A stretch of 64,000 nucleotides of DNA from Planctomycetota bacterium (GCA_038212275.1 JBBQUR010000013.1:64001-128000); one strand, 5' to 3'; counted from the first letter of the stretch, positions 27,915-39,502 are shown. Made by a program: numbers and translations. The notes: generated from the letters alone by a model not told the origin.

Positions 27915-28643
27915 TCAACCGGCCTTGTTCGCGCCGCCCTCGGCCACCAGATGGCTTGCGCGCAGCAGGCTCTCGAAGGTGCCGGCGTCCGTCCACCAGC
28001 CGTCGAGCACGCCGTAGCTCATCGAGCCGGCGGCGATGTAGGCGTTGTTGACGTCGGTGATCTCCAGCTCGCCGCGCCCGCTGGGCTTCAGCGTGTGGAT
28101 GATCCGGAAGACGTCGTTGTCATACATGTAGATGCCGATGACCGCGAGGTTGCTCGGCGGGTCCTTCGGCTTCTCGATGATCTTCGAGATGCGCTGGCCG
28201 TCCAGCACGGCGACACCGAAGCGCTGCGGATCCTCGACTTCCTTGAGCAGGATGCACGCGCCGGAGTTGGTCTTGCCGTAGTTCACCGCCGTCGACCGGA
28301 TGTTGCGCTCGATGATGTTGTCGCCGAGCACGACGCAGATCGAGTCGCCGGCCGCGAACTTCTCGGCCAACCGCAGTGCGTCGGCGATGCCGCCCTCGCC
28401 GCGCTGGTAGGCGTAACTCAGCGAGACGCCGAGCTCGTCGCCGTTCTCGAGCAGGCGCAGGAAGTCGCCCGCGCTGTTGCCGCCGGTCACGATGAGGATG
28501 TCCGTGATCCCCGCGTTCTTCAGCGTCTCGATCGGGTAGTAGATCATCGGCTTGTCGAACACCGGCAGCAGGTGCTTGTTCGTGATCTTGGTGAGCGGCC
28601 GCAGGCGCGTGCCCAGACCGCCGGCGAGGATGACGCCCTTCAT
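27915..28643 (-). CDS. rfbA: Glucose-1-phosphate thymidylyltransferase (short SpsI-like form)
   Basis: MKGVILAGGLGTRLRPLT, KHLLPV, IEKP, SGRGELEITD and WTDAGT. Confidence 0.9.
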   Translation of the reverse strand: MKGVILAGGLGTRLRPLTKITNKHLLPVFDKPMIYYPIETLKNAGITDILIVTGGNSAGDFLRLLENGDELGVSLSYAYQRGEGGIADALRLAEKFAAGDSICVVLGDNIIERNIRSTAVNYGKTNSGACILLKEVEDPQRFGVAVLDGQRISKIIEKPKDPPSNLAVIGIYMYDNDVFRIIHTLKPSGRGELEITDVNNAYIAAGSMSYGVLDGWWTDAGTFESLLRASHLVAEGGANKAG

Positions 28644-28694
28644 CGCGGTGATGCCCCGAACGGGAGAGAGGTTGACTGGCGGCGCGAACTTCCG

Positions 28695-29639
28695 TCAGTT
28701 GCGCGCGGAAAGCGCGGCACGATACCACGCCACCGTCGAGGCGAGCCCGTCGGCGAGGCCGACGCGCGCCGTGAATCCGAGAAGGTCCCGGGCGCGGGCC
28801 GTGGCGGCCAGCGAATGCAGGATGTCGCCCGCGCGCTCGGGGCCGTGCCGCGCCGGCAGGTCGGGCTGGCCTGCCGCCCGGGCCACGGCCGCCCAGAGGC
28901 TCAGCAGGTCCGTGGCCTGTCCGCGGCCGACGTTGGCGACGGCGCCGGCCCCCGTCGCGACGTCGAGGGCCGCGAGGTTTGCGCCAGCCACGTCCTTCAC
29001 ATACGTGAAATCGCGGCTCTGCAGGCCCGTGCCGTGGATCAAGGGAGCCTCGCCGGCCAGTGCACGCAGGATGAAGATCGAGATGACGCCGGAGTACGGC
29101 GACGAAGGATCCTGTCGCGGACCGTAGACGTTGAAGTAGCGCAGGCAGACGGTGTCCACGGCATAGAGCGCCGGCGCCATGCGGAACAGGTGCTCGGCCG
29201 CGAGCTTGTTCATGCCGTAGGGCGAGAGCGGCGATTCGCGCGCACCCTCGTCCGCGGGCCCCTCGACCGTGCCTCCGTACACCGCGGAGCTGCTGCTGTA
29301 GACGAGGCGCTTCACCTTCGCGTCGCGGCACGCGAGCAGCAGTCGCGTGCTGGACTCGAGATTGCAGCGATTGCTCGCGACGGGATCCTCCACCGAGCGC
29401 ACCACGGAGGGCTGCGCCGCACAGTGCACGACGGCCTCGCAACCCTCGACGGCGCGTGCGGCGACACCCGGGGCCGCAAGGTCGCCCTCGACGAGGCGCG
29501 CACCCGCCGGAATGTTCTCGCGCTTGCCGCTGCTGAAGTCGTCGACGACGACGACCCTGTCGCCGCGCGACAGCAGCGCATCCGCCACGTGACTGCCGAT
29601 GAAGCCCGCCCCGCCGGTCACGAGCACCTGGCGGCTCAC
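28695..29639 (-). CDS. NAD-dependent epimerase/dehydratase (UDP-hexose/HexNAc 4-epimerase-like)
   Basis: TGGAGFIGSH, SVVRSVEDP, YGMNK and LRYFNVYGPRQDPSSPYSGVI. Confidence 0.92.
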   Translation of the reverse strand: MSRQVLVTGGAGFIGSHVADALLSRGDRVVVVDDFSSGKRENIPAGARLVEGDLAAPGVAARAVEGCEAVVHCAAQPSVVRSVEDPVASNRCNLESSTRLLLACRDAKVKRLVYSSSSAVYGGTVEGPADEGARESPLSPYGMNKLAAEHLFRMAPALYAVDTVCLRYFNVYGPRQDPSSPYSGVISIFILRALAGEAPLIHGTGLQSRDFTYVKDVAGANLAALDVATGAGAVANVGRGQATDLLSLWAAVARAAGQPDLPARHGPERAGDILHSLAATARARDLLGFTARVGLADGLASTVAWYRAALSARN

Positions 29640-30613
29640 GACGAGCGGCTCCCCGGGCCCGACGGCCCCCGATACCACGCGACGAACTTCGCGAGGCCTG
29701 CCTCGACGTTCGTGCGCGGGTCGTAGCCCAGCTCGGTGCGCGCGCGTCGGATGTCCGCGTACGTCGCCACCACGTCGCCTGGCTGCATCGGCTGCCAGTC
29801 CACGAGCGGTTCACGGCCGGTGGCGCGCCCGATGGCCGACACGAGGTCGCGCAGGCTGATCGTCTGCGACTCGCCGAGGTTGTAGATGCGGAAGCCGAGG
29901 CTCCGGTCGTGCGCCTTGAGCACGCCGTCGAGGATGTCGTCGATGTACGTGTAGTCGCGCTGGCTCGCGCCGTCGCCGAAGAGCGGCAGCGGCTGGCCCG
30001 ACTCGACGTGGCGCACGAATTTGTGGATGGCCATCTCCGGGCGCTGGCGCGGTCCGTACACCGTGAAGAAGCGCAGTGCCGCGATGTCCATGCCGTAGAG
30101 GTGATGGAAGGTCGCGCAGGTCAGCTCGTTGGAGCGCTTCGTCGCCGCATAGGGCGAGACGGGCTGGCTCACGTCGTCGTCCTCGTGGAACGGCACCTTC
30201 GTGTTGCCGCCGTAGACGGACGACGAGCTGCCGAAGACGAAGCGCGACACGCCCGCGTCGCGAGCGGCCGTGAGCATCACCGCGGTGCCGGTGCAGTTCA
30301 CGTCGTGGTAGAGCACCGGATCCGTGAGCGACGGGCGCACGCCGGCCATCGCCGCCAGGTGCACGACGGAGGTCGGCTTGTGCTCGCGGAACAGCCGCGT
30401 CACGAGGTCGCGGTCGCGGATGTCGCCCTCCACGAGCCGGAAGCCATCGGTCTTCAGCGGGATCGCCAGGTTGGCGCGCTTGATGGACGGGTCGTAGAAG
30501 GTGTTGAAGTTGTCGAGACCGACGACCGCGTCGCCGCGCTGGAGCAGTCGCTCGCAGAGCTGGCTCCCGATGAAGCCCGCGGCGCCGGTGACCAGTACGG
30601 TGCTGCTCATCAT
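29636..30613 (-). CDS. NAD-dependent epimerase (UDP-glucuronate 4-epimerase-like)
   Basis: TGAAGFIGS, HLAAMAGVRPS, YAATK, LRFFTVYGP and QPGDV. Confidence 0.9.
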   Translation of the reverse strand: MMSSTVLVTGAAGFIGSQLCERLLQRGDAVVGLDNFNTFYDPSIKRANLAIPLKTDGFRLVEGDIRDRDLVTRLFREHKPTSVVHLAAMAGVRPSLTDPVLYHDVNCTGTAVMLTAARDAGVSRFVFGSSSSVYGGNTKVPFHEDDDVSQPVSPYAATKRSNELTCATFHHLYGMDIAALRFFTVYGPRQRPEMAIHKFVRHVESGQPLPLFGDGASQRDYTYIDDILDGVLKAHDRSLGFRIYNLGESQTISLRDLVSAIGRATGREPLVDWQPMQPGDVVATYADIRRARTELGYDPRTNVEAGLAKFVAWYRGPSGPGSRSS

Positions 30614-32442
30614 TCCACCGTCACGCTCTTGGCGAGGTTGCGGGGCTGGTCGATGTCGCAACCGCGCAGGTCCGCGATGTGATAGGCGAGCAGCTGCAGC
30701 GGCAGGACGTTGACGAGCGGCGAGAGGTCCTCGTCCACGGCAGGAACGTGCAGCACCGTTTCCGCCAGGGCGGCGACGCGCTCGTCGCCTTCGACGGCCA
30801 CCGCGATGATGCGCCCGCCGCGCGCCCGCACTTCCTGCATGTTCGAGAGCACCTTCTCGTAGACCCGGCCCGGCGTGGCGATGACCACCACGGGCATCGT
30901 GCTGTCGATGAGCGCGATCGGGCCGTGCTTCATCTCTCCCGCGGGATAGCCCTCGGCGTGGATGTAGCTGATTTCCTTGAGCTTCAGCGCGCCTTCGAGC
31001 GCGATCGGGTAATTGACGCCGCGCCCCAGGAAGAGGAAGTCGCGCGCCTCGAAGTGGGCTTCCGCCGCGGCGCGCACTTCGGCCTCGTGACGCAGCGCCC
31101 CGTCCATCGCGTAGCGCAGCCGGCGCAACGGAACCACGCGCCTCTCGATCTCGGCGGCGCTGAGCGTGCCGCGCCTGGCGGCGAGATCCAGCGCGAACAT
31201 GTAGAGCGCGCACAACTGCGTGGAGAAGGCCTTGGTGGAGGCGACGCCGATCTCGGGTCCGGCCTGCGTGAGGATCGTCGCGTCGGCCTCGCGCGTCGCC
31301 GAGCTTGCCGGCACGTTGCAGACGGCCACCACGGGCGCCCCGTGCCCGCGGCTGTCGCGCAGCGCGCCGAGCGTGTCCATGGTCTCGCCGGACTGGGTGA
31401 TCGGCACGATGAGGTGGTCGGGGCCGGCCTGCGTGCTGCGGTAGCGGAACTCGCTCGCGTAATCCACGTCGACCGGAATGCCGACGAGGTTCTCGACGTA
31501 GAACTTTGCCGCGAGGCCTGCGTGCCAGCTCGTCCCGCAGGCGACGAAGGTGATGCGCTTCACCGCCGCGAGGCGGTCGCCCAGCACGTCGAGCGCCGCG
31601 ATGTCGATGCCGCCCTCCAGCGTGAGGTGGCTGGCCATCGTCGCGGCGACCGCCGCGGGCTGCTCCTCGATCTCCTTCATCATGAAGTGGCGGTAGCCGC
31701 CCTTCTGCACGGCCACCGGGTCCCAGTCGATGATCCGCGTCGGACGCTGCACCACCTTGCCGGAGAGGTCCGTCACGACGATGGACTCGGGCGTGAGCAC
31801 CGCCAGGTCGCCGTCATCGAGCGGCATGATGGTGCGCGTGTGCGGCAGGAGCGCGGGGATGTCGCTGGCCAGCAGCGTGGCGCCTTCCGCGATGCCGAGC
31901 ACCAGCGGCGACTGGTAGCGCATGGCGATCAGCACGCCGGGATGATCCGCCGAGATGATCGCGATCGAATAGGCGCCCTTGAGGCGCCGCACGGTTGCGC
32001 GCACCGCGGACGGCAGGTCCGCGCCGCGTGCGAGCTCGCCGGACACCAGGTGCGCGATGATCTCCGTGTCCGTGTCCGAGCGGAAGGCGACGCCGCCGCG
32101 CTGCAGTTCCGCGCGCAACTCCTCGTGATTCTCCACGATGCCGTTGTGGATGACGGCCAGGCGCTCGCGCGTGTCCACCATCGGGTGTGCGTTGCGCTCC
32201 ACGGGCGGACCGTGCGTGGCCCAGCGCGTGTGGCCGATGCCCGTCGTGCCGAAGGCCGGCTTGCCTGCCAGCGCCCCGTCGAGATTCGCGAGCTTGCCCT
32301 CGCGCCGCACCACGCACAGACCCTCCGGCGTCTGCACCGCGATGCCCGCGCTGTCGTAGCCCCGGTATTCGAGCGTGTGCAAGCCGTCGAGGATGAGCTG
32401 GCTGACGCCCGGGCGTCCGGTGACTCCGATGATGCCGCACAT
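30610..32442 (-). CDS. glmS: Glutamine--fructose-6-phosphate transaminase
   Basis: MCGI, LEYRGYDSAG, GHTRWATHG, QSGET, EGALKLKEISY and PRNLAKSVTVE. Confidence 0.99.
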   Translation of the reverse strand: MCGIIGVTGRPGVSQLILDGLHTLEYRGYDSAGIAVQTPEGLCVVRREGKLANLDGALAGKPAFGTTGIGHTRWATHGPPVERNAHPMVDTRERLAVIHNGIVENHEELRAELQRGGVAFRSDTDTEIIAHLVSGELARGADLPSAVRATVRRLKGAYSIAIISADHPGVLIAMRYQSPLVLGIAEGATLLASDIPALLPHTRTIMPLDDGDLAVLTPESIVVTDLSGKVVQRPTRIIDWDPVAVQKGGYRHFMMKEIEEQPAAVAATMASHLTLEGGIDIAALDVLGDRLAAVKRITFVACGTSWHAGLAAKFYVENLVGIPVDVDYASEFRYRSTQAGPDHLIVPITQSGETMDTLGALRDSRGHGAPVVAVCNVPASSATREADATILTQAGPEIGVASTKAFSTQLCALYMFALDLAARRGTLSAAEIERRVVPLRRLRYAMDGALRHEAEVRAAAEAHFEARDFLFLGRGVNYPIALEGALKLKEISYIHAEGYPAGEMKHGPIALIDSTMPVVVIATPGRVYEKVLSNMQEVRARGGRIIAVAVEGDERVAALAETVLHVPAVDEDLSPLVNVLPLQLLAYHIADLRGCDIDQPRNLAKSVTVE

Positions 32443-32443
32443 G

Positions 32444-33381
<938 letters not shown>

Positions 33382-33385
<4 letters not shown>

Positions 33386-34569
33386 GAACGCGACTCCTTG
33401 CCGGTGCGCAGCATCGATGTGCCGGACTCGGGTGCTTGGGACGGGGGCTGATCTGGTGGCGGCGCCTCGCCGCCGACGTCGGAGGCTCCGGGCGCGGGCG
33501 CCGCGTCCGGCTCTGCTGCGGGCGCGGCGTCGGCAGGCGCGTCGGTCGCCGGGGCGATCTCGGGGGCAGGCGCTTCGGCGGCCGGCACGACGGGCGCGGC
33601 CGGCACGTCGACATGGCGCGGGTTGCGGATGACGAGGGTGCTGCCCGGAAGCCAGCGCGTGGTCACACCACCCACGCTCGCCTCCTCCACCACCGCAACC
33701 ACACCTTCACCCGCTGCGCTCGCATCGCCGGCATCGCGTCGCAGGCGCAGTTCGTTTCCTTCGGGGGCAAGCTGCAGGCCGCGATGGTGGCGCACCGTGA
33801 CCAGCCCCCACAGGTCCGTGAGCGTGCCGGTCTCCGATCCGGAGACACGGAACAGCGGGATATAGACTTCCTCGCCGAGCTGCAGATTCATCTGTCCGAG
33901 GGGCTGCCCGGGCTCCGCCACGCGCTCGAGCCGAAGGTCGCCCGTCACCGTGACGGATCCTTCGCCCGTGTTGCGCACGAGCATGCGGCCGGGCTCCACC
34001 CTGACGAGCAGCGTCGTGTTCTGCAGGCGTACCTGCGTGCCGCCCGGAAGGATGAGCGTGAGCGGACGCTCCAAGGCTCCGGCCTCGAGGCGCGTGAGCA
34101 GCGGGAAGCGCAGCACGTCGCCCTCGATCGACAGCAGCGACAGCTCGAGGTGGGCCGTGGCGTAAAGCAGGATGGTCGCGCCGCCCGGCAGCATGACGTC
34201 CGACTGGCCGCCGCTGCCCTGCGCGACGTGATCGCCCTGCGACAGCTCCACGTCGGGATTGAAGTAGTAGAGCACGCGCTCCGCGGCCCGCGGTCCTTCG
34301 CGCACGACCACGACGTCGGAAAGCCGGCGCACGTTGACCTTCTCGTCCGCGGCCACCGCGGGAGGCGGCAACTCCCTGGCGGGCGGCGCCTCGTCGGCCG
34401 CCTTGTTCGGCAGCGGCTTCTCCTTGCCGGCGGGCGGGCCCTTCCGGTCCTGAGCGCGTGCGTCCACTGCGCTCGTCGCGAGCAGCACGAGCGCCACGGC
34501 GATCATCCGCACCACGCCATCGGCACGGCGTCGGACCCACCATGTGCTCAGGGCGCCCAGCGCGCTCAC
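33382..34569 (-). CDS. Exported protein with FecR-like beta domain and Pro/Ala tail
   Basis: Signal-like segment [41 protein letters not shown] resembles the FecR-domain pattern. Overlaps accC and uxs by 4 nt; start is 34569 or 34506. Confidence 0.6.
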
Positions 34570-35930
34570 GGGCTCTTCTCCTGGTTGACCATCGCGGCCA
34601 TGGTCGCGATGAAGGACGTGTCGTAATCGCCGGCCACGAAGCGCGGATCGCTCAGGATCAGCTTGTGAAAGCCGATCGTGGTCTCGATGCCGCGGATCAC
34701 GCATTCATCGAGCGCCCGGAGCATGAGCTTGATGGCTTCTTCGCGATTTGCCGCGTGCACGATGAGCTTTCCGATCATCGAGTCGTAGAAAGGCGAGATC
34801 ATGTAGCCGCCGTAGGCATGGGTATCGAAGCGCACGCCGGCGCCGCCCGGGAACTCCATGTGCGTGATGCGCCCGCAGGAAGGCCTGAAGTTGTACCGGG
34901 TGTCCTCGGCGTTGATGCGGCATTCGATGGCCGCGCCCGTCTGCTTCACGTCCGCCTGGGTGAAGGACAGCGGCAGGCCTGCCGCCACGCGGATCTGCTC
35001 ACGCACGATGTCGATGCCGGTAACGGCTTCGGTCACCGGATGCTCGACCTGGATGCGCGCGTTCAGCTCCATGAAGTAGAACTGCCGGTGCGCATCCACC
35101 AGGAATTCCACCGTGCCGGCATTCACGTAGCCGGCCTGGCGGCACAGGGCGACGGCCGCGCGTCCCATCGCCTCGCGCAGCTCCGGCGTCAGCACCGGCG
35201 ACGGACTTTCCTCGAGCAGCTTCTGGTGCCGGCGCTGCACGGAGCACTCGCGCTCGCCGAGGTGCACCAGGTTGCCGTGCGTGTCGGCGATGACCTGGAT
35301 CTCGACGTGGTGCGGTCCTTCGACGAACTTCTCCATGTACACGTCGGGATTGCTGAAAGCAGCGGCCGCCTCGCTCTTCGCCGCGGCGAGCAGGCCCGGC
35401 AGCTCGGCCGCGCTGCGCACGAAACGCATCCCGCGCCCGCCGCCGCCGGCCGTGGCCTTGATCATGACCGGGTAGCCGATGCGGGCGGCGACGGTCAGCG
35501 CTTCCTCTTCGGACTGCAGCAGACCCGCGCTTCCCGGCACCGTGGGCACGCCGGCCGCCGTCGCAATGGTCTTCGCCGTGTTCTTGTCGCCCACGGAGGC
35601 GATGACGTCCGCCGGCGGGCCGATGAAGGTGAAGCCGCAGGCCTGCACCACCTCCACGAATTTGCTGTTCTCCGACAGGAAGCCGTAGCCGGGATGGATC
35701 GCATCCGACTCGGTGATCTCCGCCGCGGCGATCACGCGCTTCATGTCCAGATAGCTCTGGCGCGCCGGGGGCGGGCCGATGCAGACGGCCTCGTCGGCGA
35801 GGTCGATGATGCGCGAGTCGCGATCGGCCTCCGAGTACACCACGACGACTTCACAGCCGAGGGCGCGGCACGCGCGCAGCACGCGCAGCGCGATCTCACC
35901 TCTGTTGGCGATCAGGACGCGTCGAAACAC
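34566..35930 (-). CDS. accC: Acetyl-CoA carboxylase biotin carboxylase subunit
   Basis: LIANRGEIA, HPGYGFLSEN, GGGGRGM, RECSVQRRHQK, RIQVEHPVTE and YDSMIGK. Confidence 0.98.
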   Translation of the reverse strand: MFRRVLIANRGEIALRVLRACRALGCEVVVVYSEADRDSRIIDLADEAVCIGPPPARQSYLDMKRVIAAAEITESDAIHPGYGFLSENSKFVEVVQACGFTFIGPPADVIASVGDKNTAKTIATAAGVPTVPGSAGLLQSEEEALTVAARIGYPVMIKATAGGGGRGMRFVRSAAELPGLLAAAKSEAAAAFSNPDVYMEKFVEGPHHVEIQVIADTHGNLVHLGERECSVQRRHQKLLEESPSPVLTPELREAMGRAAVALCRQAGYVNAGTVEFLVDAHRQFYFMELNARIQVEHPVTEAVTGIDIVREQIRVAAGLPLSFTQADVKQTGAAIECRINAEDTRYNFRPSCGRITHMEFPGGAGVRFDTHAYGGYMISPFYDSMIGKLIVHAANREEAIKLMLRALDECVIRGIETTIGFHKLILSDPRFVAGDYDTSFIATMAAMVNQEKSP

Positions 35931-35945
35931 GGTGGCGCCTCCGGC

Positions 35946-36560
35946 TCAGCTCGGCCGGACGAGGAAGAGAGTCTGGCCGAACTCGACGGCCTCGCCATTC
36001 TCCACCTCGATCGAGACCACGGTGCCGGAGATGTCGGGGGTGATCTCGTTCATGACCTTCATCGCCTCGATGATGCAGACCGTGGCGTGCGGATCGAGCT
36101 TGTCGCCGACGCTCGCGAAGGGCGGCGCCTCCGGCGAAGGCGCCCGGTAGAACGTGCCCACCATCGGCGACTTGAAGGCGTGCAGCGTCTCGCCGGGAGC
36201 GGCGGCAGGTGCGGCCTCCGTGCCTGGCGCTGCCGCGGCGGACGGCTCGCTGCTGCGTGGCGCAGCAGCCGGCGCGGCCATCACGAAACCACCGGCGCCG
36301 GCGCGCGCGAGCTTGATGCGCCGGCTGCCGTCCGGCGCGATCTGGTAGTCCACCTCGAGCAGCTCGTGGCGGTTCATGAGCTCCACGAGTTCCTCGACCT
36401 CGGGGAAGCGCGACGGCGCGGCGGCCGGCCGATCGCTCCGGCCGGCCTTCAATGACTTGCCGGACTTGCCTGCGGCGCCCGCCGGAGCGCGGCGCGGGCC
36501 GCCCGTCTCGAGACGTCCGCCGCGGGAGCGCGCACTTGTCGACTTCTTGCGTGATGCCAC
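35946..36560 (-). CDS. accB: Biotin carboxyl carrier protein
   Basis: [13 protein letters not shown] and the EAMKVMN biotinylation motif; GTG start preceded by GGAGG. Confidence 0.95.
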   Translation of the reverse strand: MASRKKSTSARSRGGRLETGGPRRAPAGAAGKSGKSLKAGRSDRPAAAPSRFPEVEELVELMNRHELLEVDYQIAPDGSRRIKLARAGAGGFVMAAPAAAPRSSEPSAAAAPGTEAAPAAAPGETLHAFKSPMVGTFYRAPSPEAPPFASVGDKLDPHATVCIIEAMKVMNEITPDISGTVVSIEVENGEAVEFGQTLFLVRPS

Positions 36561-36728
36561 TGCTGGCCTCCGAGGGTCATGGCGCGCGGGCCATGCCGAT
36601 GCGATGGGTCTGCCTGTCGCCTGCCTGCTCGACCGAAAATCACCCGCGCGGCGACTCGCAGGGACTCGCCCGGGTCGGCGATCCTCGCGCGGCCCACGGG
36701 TCAACGCAAGCGTGAGCCCGCGCCGCGG

Positions 36729-37307
36729 TCACTCCCCCGGCGGCTTGGCCCGGTCGGCGAACTTGCCCGTCCGCGTGTCCACGCGCACCCATTCGCCCTG
36801 ATCGAGATACACGGGCACCTGGATCACGGTGCCGGTGTCGATCGTCGCCGGCTTGTTGCCGCCAGAGGCCGTGCTGCCCTTGATCCACGGCGTCGTCTCG
36901 ATGACCTGGAAGATCATGTGGTCCGGAAGCGCCACGGAGATGACCTTGTCCTCCGCGATCTTGAAGTCGCAGACGGTGTTCTCCTTCAGGTACGGCAACA
37001 TCTCCTTCACCATCTCCTCGGCGACGGGGACCTGATCGAAGGTGGTCGGGTTCATGAAGATGAAGTGGTCGCCCTCGCGGTAGAGATACTCCATCTGCTC
37101 CTTGTCGATCATCACCTGCTCGACCTTGTCCTTGCTGTCGAAGGTGACCTCCTTCACGCCTCCCGTGCGAAGGTTCTTCATCTTGGTGCGCACGAAGGCG
37201 GCGCCCTTGCCTGGCTTCACGAACTCGAAGAACACGAGGTCGTACAGCTCCCCGCCGACGCGCAGCGTGATGCCGTTGCCGAACTGGTTGGTGGGAATCA
37301 TGGACAT
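36729..37307 (-). CDS. efp: Translation elongation factor P
   Basis: VKPGKG, FVRTKMKNL, MEYLY, KPAT and VDTRTG. Confidence 0.97.
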   Translation of the reverse strand: MSMIPTNQFGNGITLRVGGELYDLVFFEFVKPGKGAAFVRTKMKNLRTGGVKEVTFDSKDKVEQVMIDKEQMEYLYREGDHFIFMNPTTFDQVPVAEEMVKEMLPYLKENTVCDFKIAEDKVISVALPDHMIFQVIETTPWIKGSTASGGNKPATIDTGTVIQVPVYLDQGEWVRVDTRTGKFADRAKPPGE

Positions 37308-37384
37308 GGCGGTTGACAGACCTCGGAGCGGGGGATTTCCCTTGGATCAAGGACCGCTCATTGAAGCGGGCGACCGCGGAACAT

Positions 37385-38836
37385 TCAACCCGTCGCGCCC
37401 ACCGGCCGCACCATTCTCGGCGCGCACAGCAGCGCGAGGGCGATGGCGAGGGGCGCCATGTGCAGCAGCAGGCGCCCCATCGTCAGGGACATCAGGTAGC
37501 TGACCGTGTCGTCGGCCAGCCCCCCCGCGACCGCGGCCTCCGCCGCCGGCGAGGTCCACGCGGTGATCATGAAGGCCAGCACGTAGCTGGCGAGCTGCAC
37601 GCCCAGCAGGACGAGCAGAGCCCGACGTGCACGGCCGATGCGCCCGATGCAGAGCAGCGCGACCACCGCCAGCCAGGTCAGGTTCCAGCGCTGGAACGAC
37701 ACGAGTTCGGCGCCCAGCGTGAGGGCGATCGTCGGCAGTCGCGAAAGGCCCGCGGCCACGTTCGCCGGTTTGAGCTGACCCGGATAGTGCTCGTCGAGCG
37801 CAGGGAAGCTCTGCGAGATCAGTCCCCACGCGAGCAGGTACAGCAGCGCGGCCACACCCACGACTCCGACTGCGCGCCGCACCCGACCCCGCGTCGCCCC
37901 GAGGAGCAGCGCGAGGCCCGCGCCCGCGAGCAGCGGCAGTCCTTCGTTCTTCGTGAGCGCGGCGAAGCCGAGACACAGGCCGGCCTCGAGGTGCGCCCGG
38001 TCACGCACTCCTTCCAGCGCATCCACGAGGGCAAGACCCGCTGCCGTCACGAACAAGGCGAGCGGAATGTCCGCCATGGCGGAAAAGGCGCCGGAGCCCG
38101 GCGGCGGAAAGGGCAGATACTGAATGAGCGGCAGGCTCGCGATCCACGCGGCGCCGAGCGCTGCAGGCAGCGGCCCCGCCCGGCGGCGCAGTGCGCCGTA
38201 GGTCACGGCCACGAGCGCCACGGCAAACCACGCGCACAGCCCCTCCGCGAGGCGTTCATCCCAGTGCCCCGAGAGCAGTGCGGGCAGGTTGCACACCTGC
38301 GGCAGCAGCGGCGGATAGCGCTGATGCGTGAAGGCGAAACCCGGGGAGCGGGAGAGCGCGCCCGTGAGCGTGCCGTCGAAGGCGAGTACCTTGGCCTTGA
38401 ACAACCAGCGCGTGAGAGCGTCGACTTGAAAGGCAGGACGGACGAATCCCGACACGACGGCCTGGGCCAGCGACAGCGCAGCGAACAGCAGCAGTCCCGC
38501 GTGCGCCGCCGCCTGCGTCCTCGTGAGTGCGGGACATGCGGCCGAGGCCGCGGTCGCCATGCGGCGGACGCTCGCGCCGCGCTCCGCGCGCCATGCGGCG
38601 AGCGCAGGCCGAGCGAGGAGCGCAGCGAGCAGACCGAGTGCCGCCAGCAGCGACGCGCTGCGCACCGGCACGCCGGCCGCATCGAGCAGCAGGGCCACGC
38701 TGCCGCAGCCGCCGAAGCCGAAGAGCAAGGCCCGGCCGAGTCGCTCGATCCAGCCGGCGCCTGGCACGGAGAAGAGCGCGCGGTCCACGAGCGCGCCGAA
38801 GCACAGGCACAGCAGCAGCGCGGCCACGAGCCCCAT
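37385..38836 (-). CDS. Polytopic membrane protein, probable GT-C-like transferase
   Basis: About 12 TMs; DALTRWLFKAK, HQRYPPLLP, ADIPLA and TKNEG motifs resemble GT39-like proteins. Confidence 0.65.
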   Translation of the reverse strand: MGLVAALLLCLCFGALVDRALFSVPGAGWIERLGRALLFGFGGCGSVALLLDAAGVPVRSASLLAALGLLAALLARPALAAWRAERGASVRRMATAASAACPALTRTQAAAHAGLLLFAALSLAQAVVSGFVRPAFQVDALTRWLFKAKVLAFDGTLTGALSRSPGFAFTHQRYPPLLPQVCNLPALLSGHWDERLAEGLCAWFAVALVAVTYGALRRRAGPLPAALGAAWIASLPLIQYLPFPPPGSGAFSAMADIPLALFVTAAGLALVDALEGVRDRAHLEAGLCLGFAALTKNEGLPLLAGAGLALLLGATRGRVRRAVGVVGVAALLYLLAWGLISQSFPALDEHYPGQLKPANVAAGLSRLPTIALTLGAELVSFQRWNLTWLAVVALLCIGRIGRARRALLVLLGVQLASYVLAFMITAWTSPAAEAAVAGGLADDTVSYLMSLTMGRLLLHMAPLAIALALLCAPRMVRPVGATG

Positions 38837-39441
38837 CAGCGCGGCGGCTCGGCATGCTTGCTGCCAACGGAATCGCTCTCTCCCGAGGCGCCGCCGCTGC
38901 GCCCGGTTTCCTCAGGCGTGGTTCCGGCAGGCGTGGTTCCGTCAGGCGTGGTTCCGGCGCGCGCGGAGTTTTCGGGCGCGGGGCCGCGCTCCAGGGCGGC
39001 CGTGGCTTTCGGGCCCACCAGCGTCAGCACCCAGTGCGCCTCGGGGAGCACGGCGTCCCGGCTGCTGCCGCCCTCTTCGACCGTCCGCCCCACGACGTGC
39101 GCCGGGTACAGGTCGTAGGCAAGCGTCCAGAACTCGTTGCGGCTGACGCCGCGGATCTGGATCACGTCCCCGTCTCCCGTCCGGGCCTGCAGTCGGGCCA
39201 CCTGTTCGAGCAGGCCCGTCCAGCGAGCGATGCTTCCGTCGCGGCGGAACATGGCTCGCAGCGCCGCGGCGCCGTCGTGGCTGCCGGGCGGCTCGTCGAG
39301 CAGCGACTGATCGATGGCGAGGGCGCGCCACGGGTCACCGCGACCGAAGCTGTCGCCCTCTTCGCCCCGCGGGAGCCAGCGCGCCAGCGCGGCGAGCATC
39401 ACCAGCATCGCGATCGCCTGTGCCGCCGTCTCTCTGTCCAT
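38836..39441 (-). CDS. Hypothetical protein with N-terminal TM
   Basis: 201-aa ORF sharing a TGATG junction with the downstream membrane gene; contains AYDLYP. Confidence 0.6.
   Translation of the reverse strand: MDRETAAQAIAMLVMLAALARWLPRGEEGDSFGRGDPWRALAIDQSLLDEPPGSHDGAAALRAMFRRDGSIARWTGLLEQVARLQARTGDGDVIQIRGVSRNEFWTLAYDLYPAHVVGRTVEEGGSSRDAVLPEAHWVLTLVGPKATAALERGPAPENSARAGTTPDGTTPAGTTPEETGRSGGASGESDSVGSKHAEPPR
38913..38957. repeat. 15-bp tandem repeat x3 (encodes GTTPx)
   Basis: caggcgtggttccg[g/t] occurs three times in tandem. Confidence 0.9.
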
Positions 39442-39502
39442 AGCGCTCGGGGCCGTTCACGGCGCTCCCAGGGGGTGACGCGAGCGATCGTATCATCCGC
39501 GC

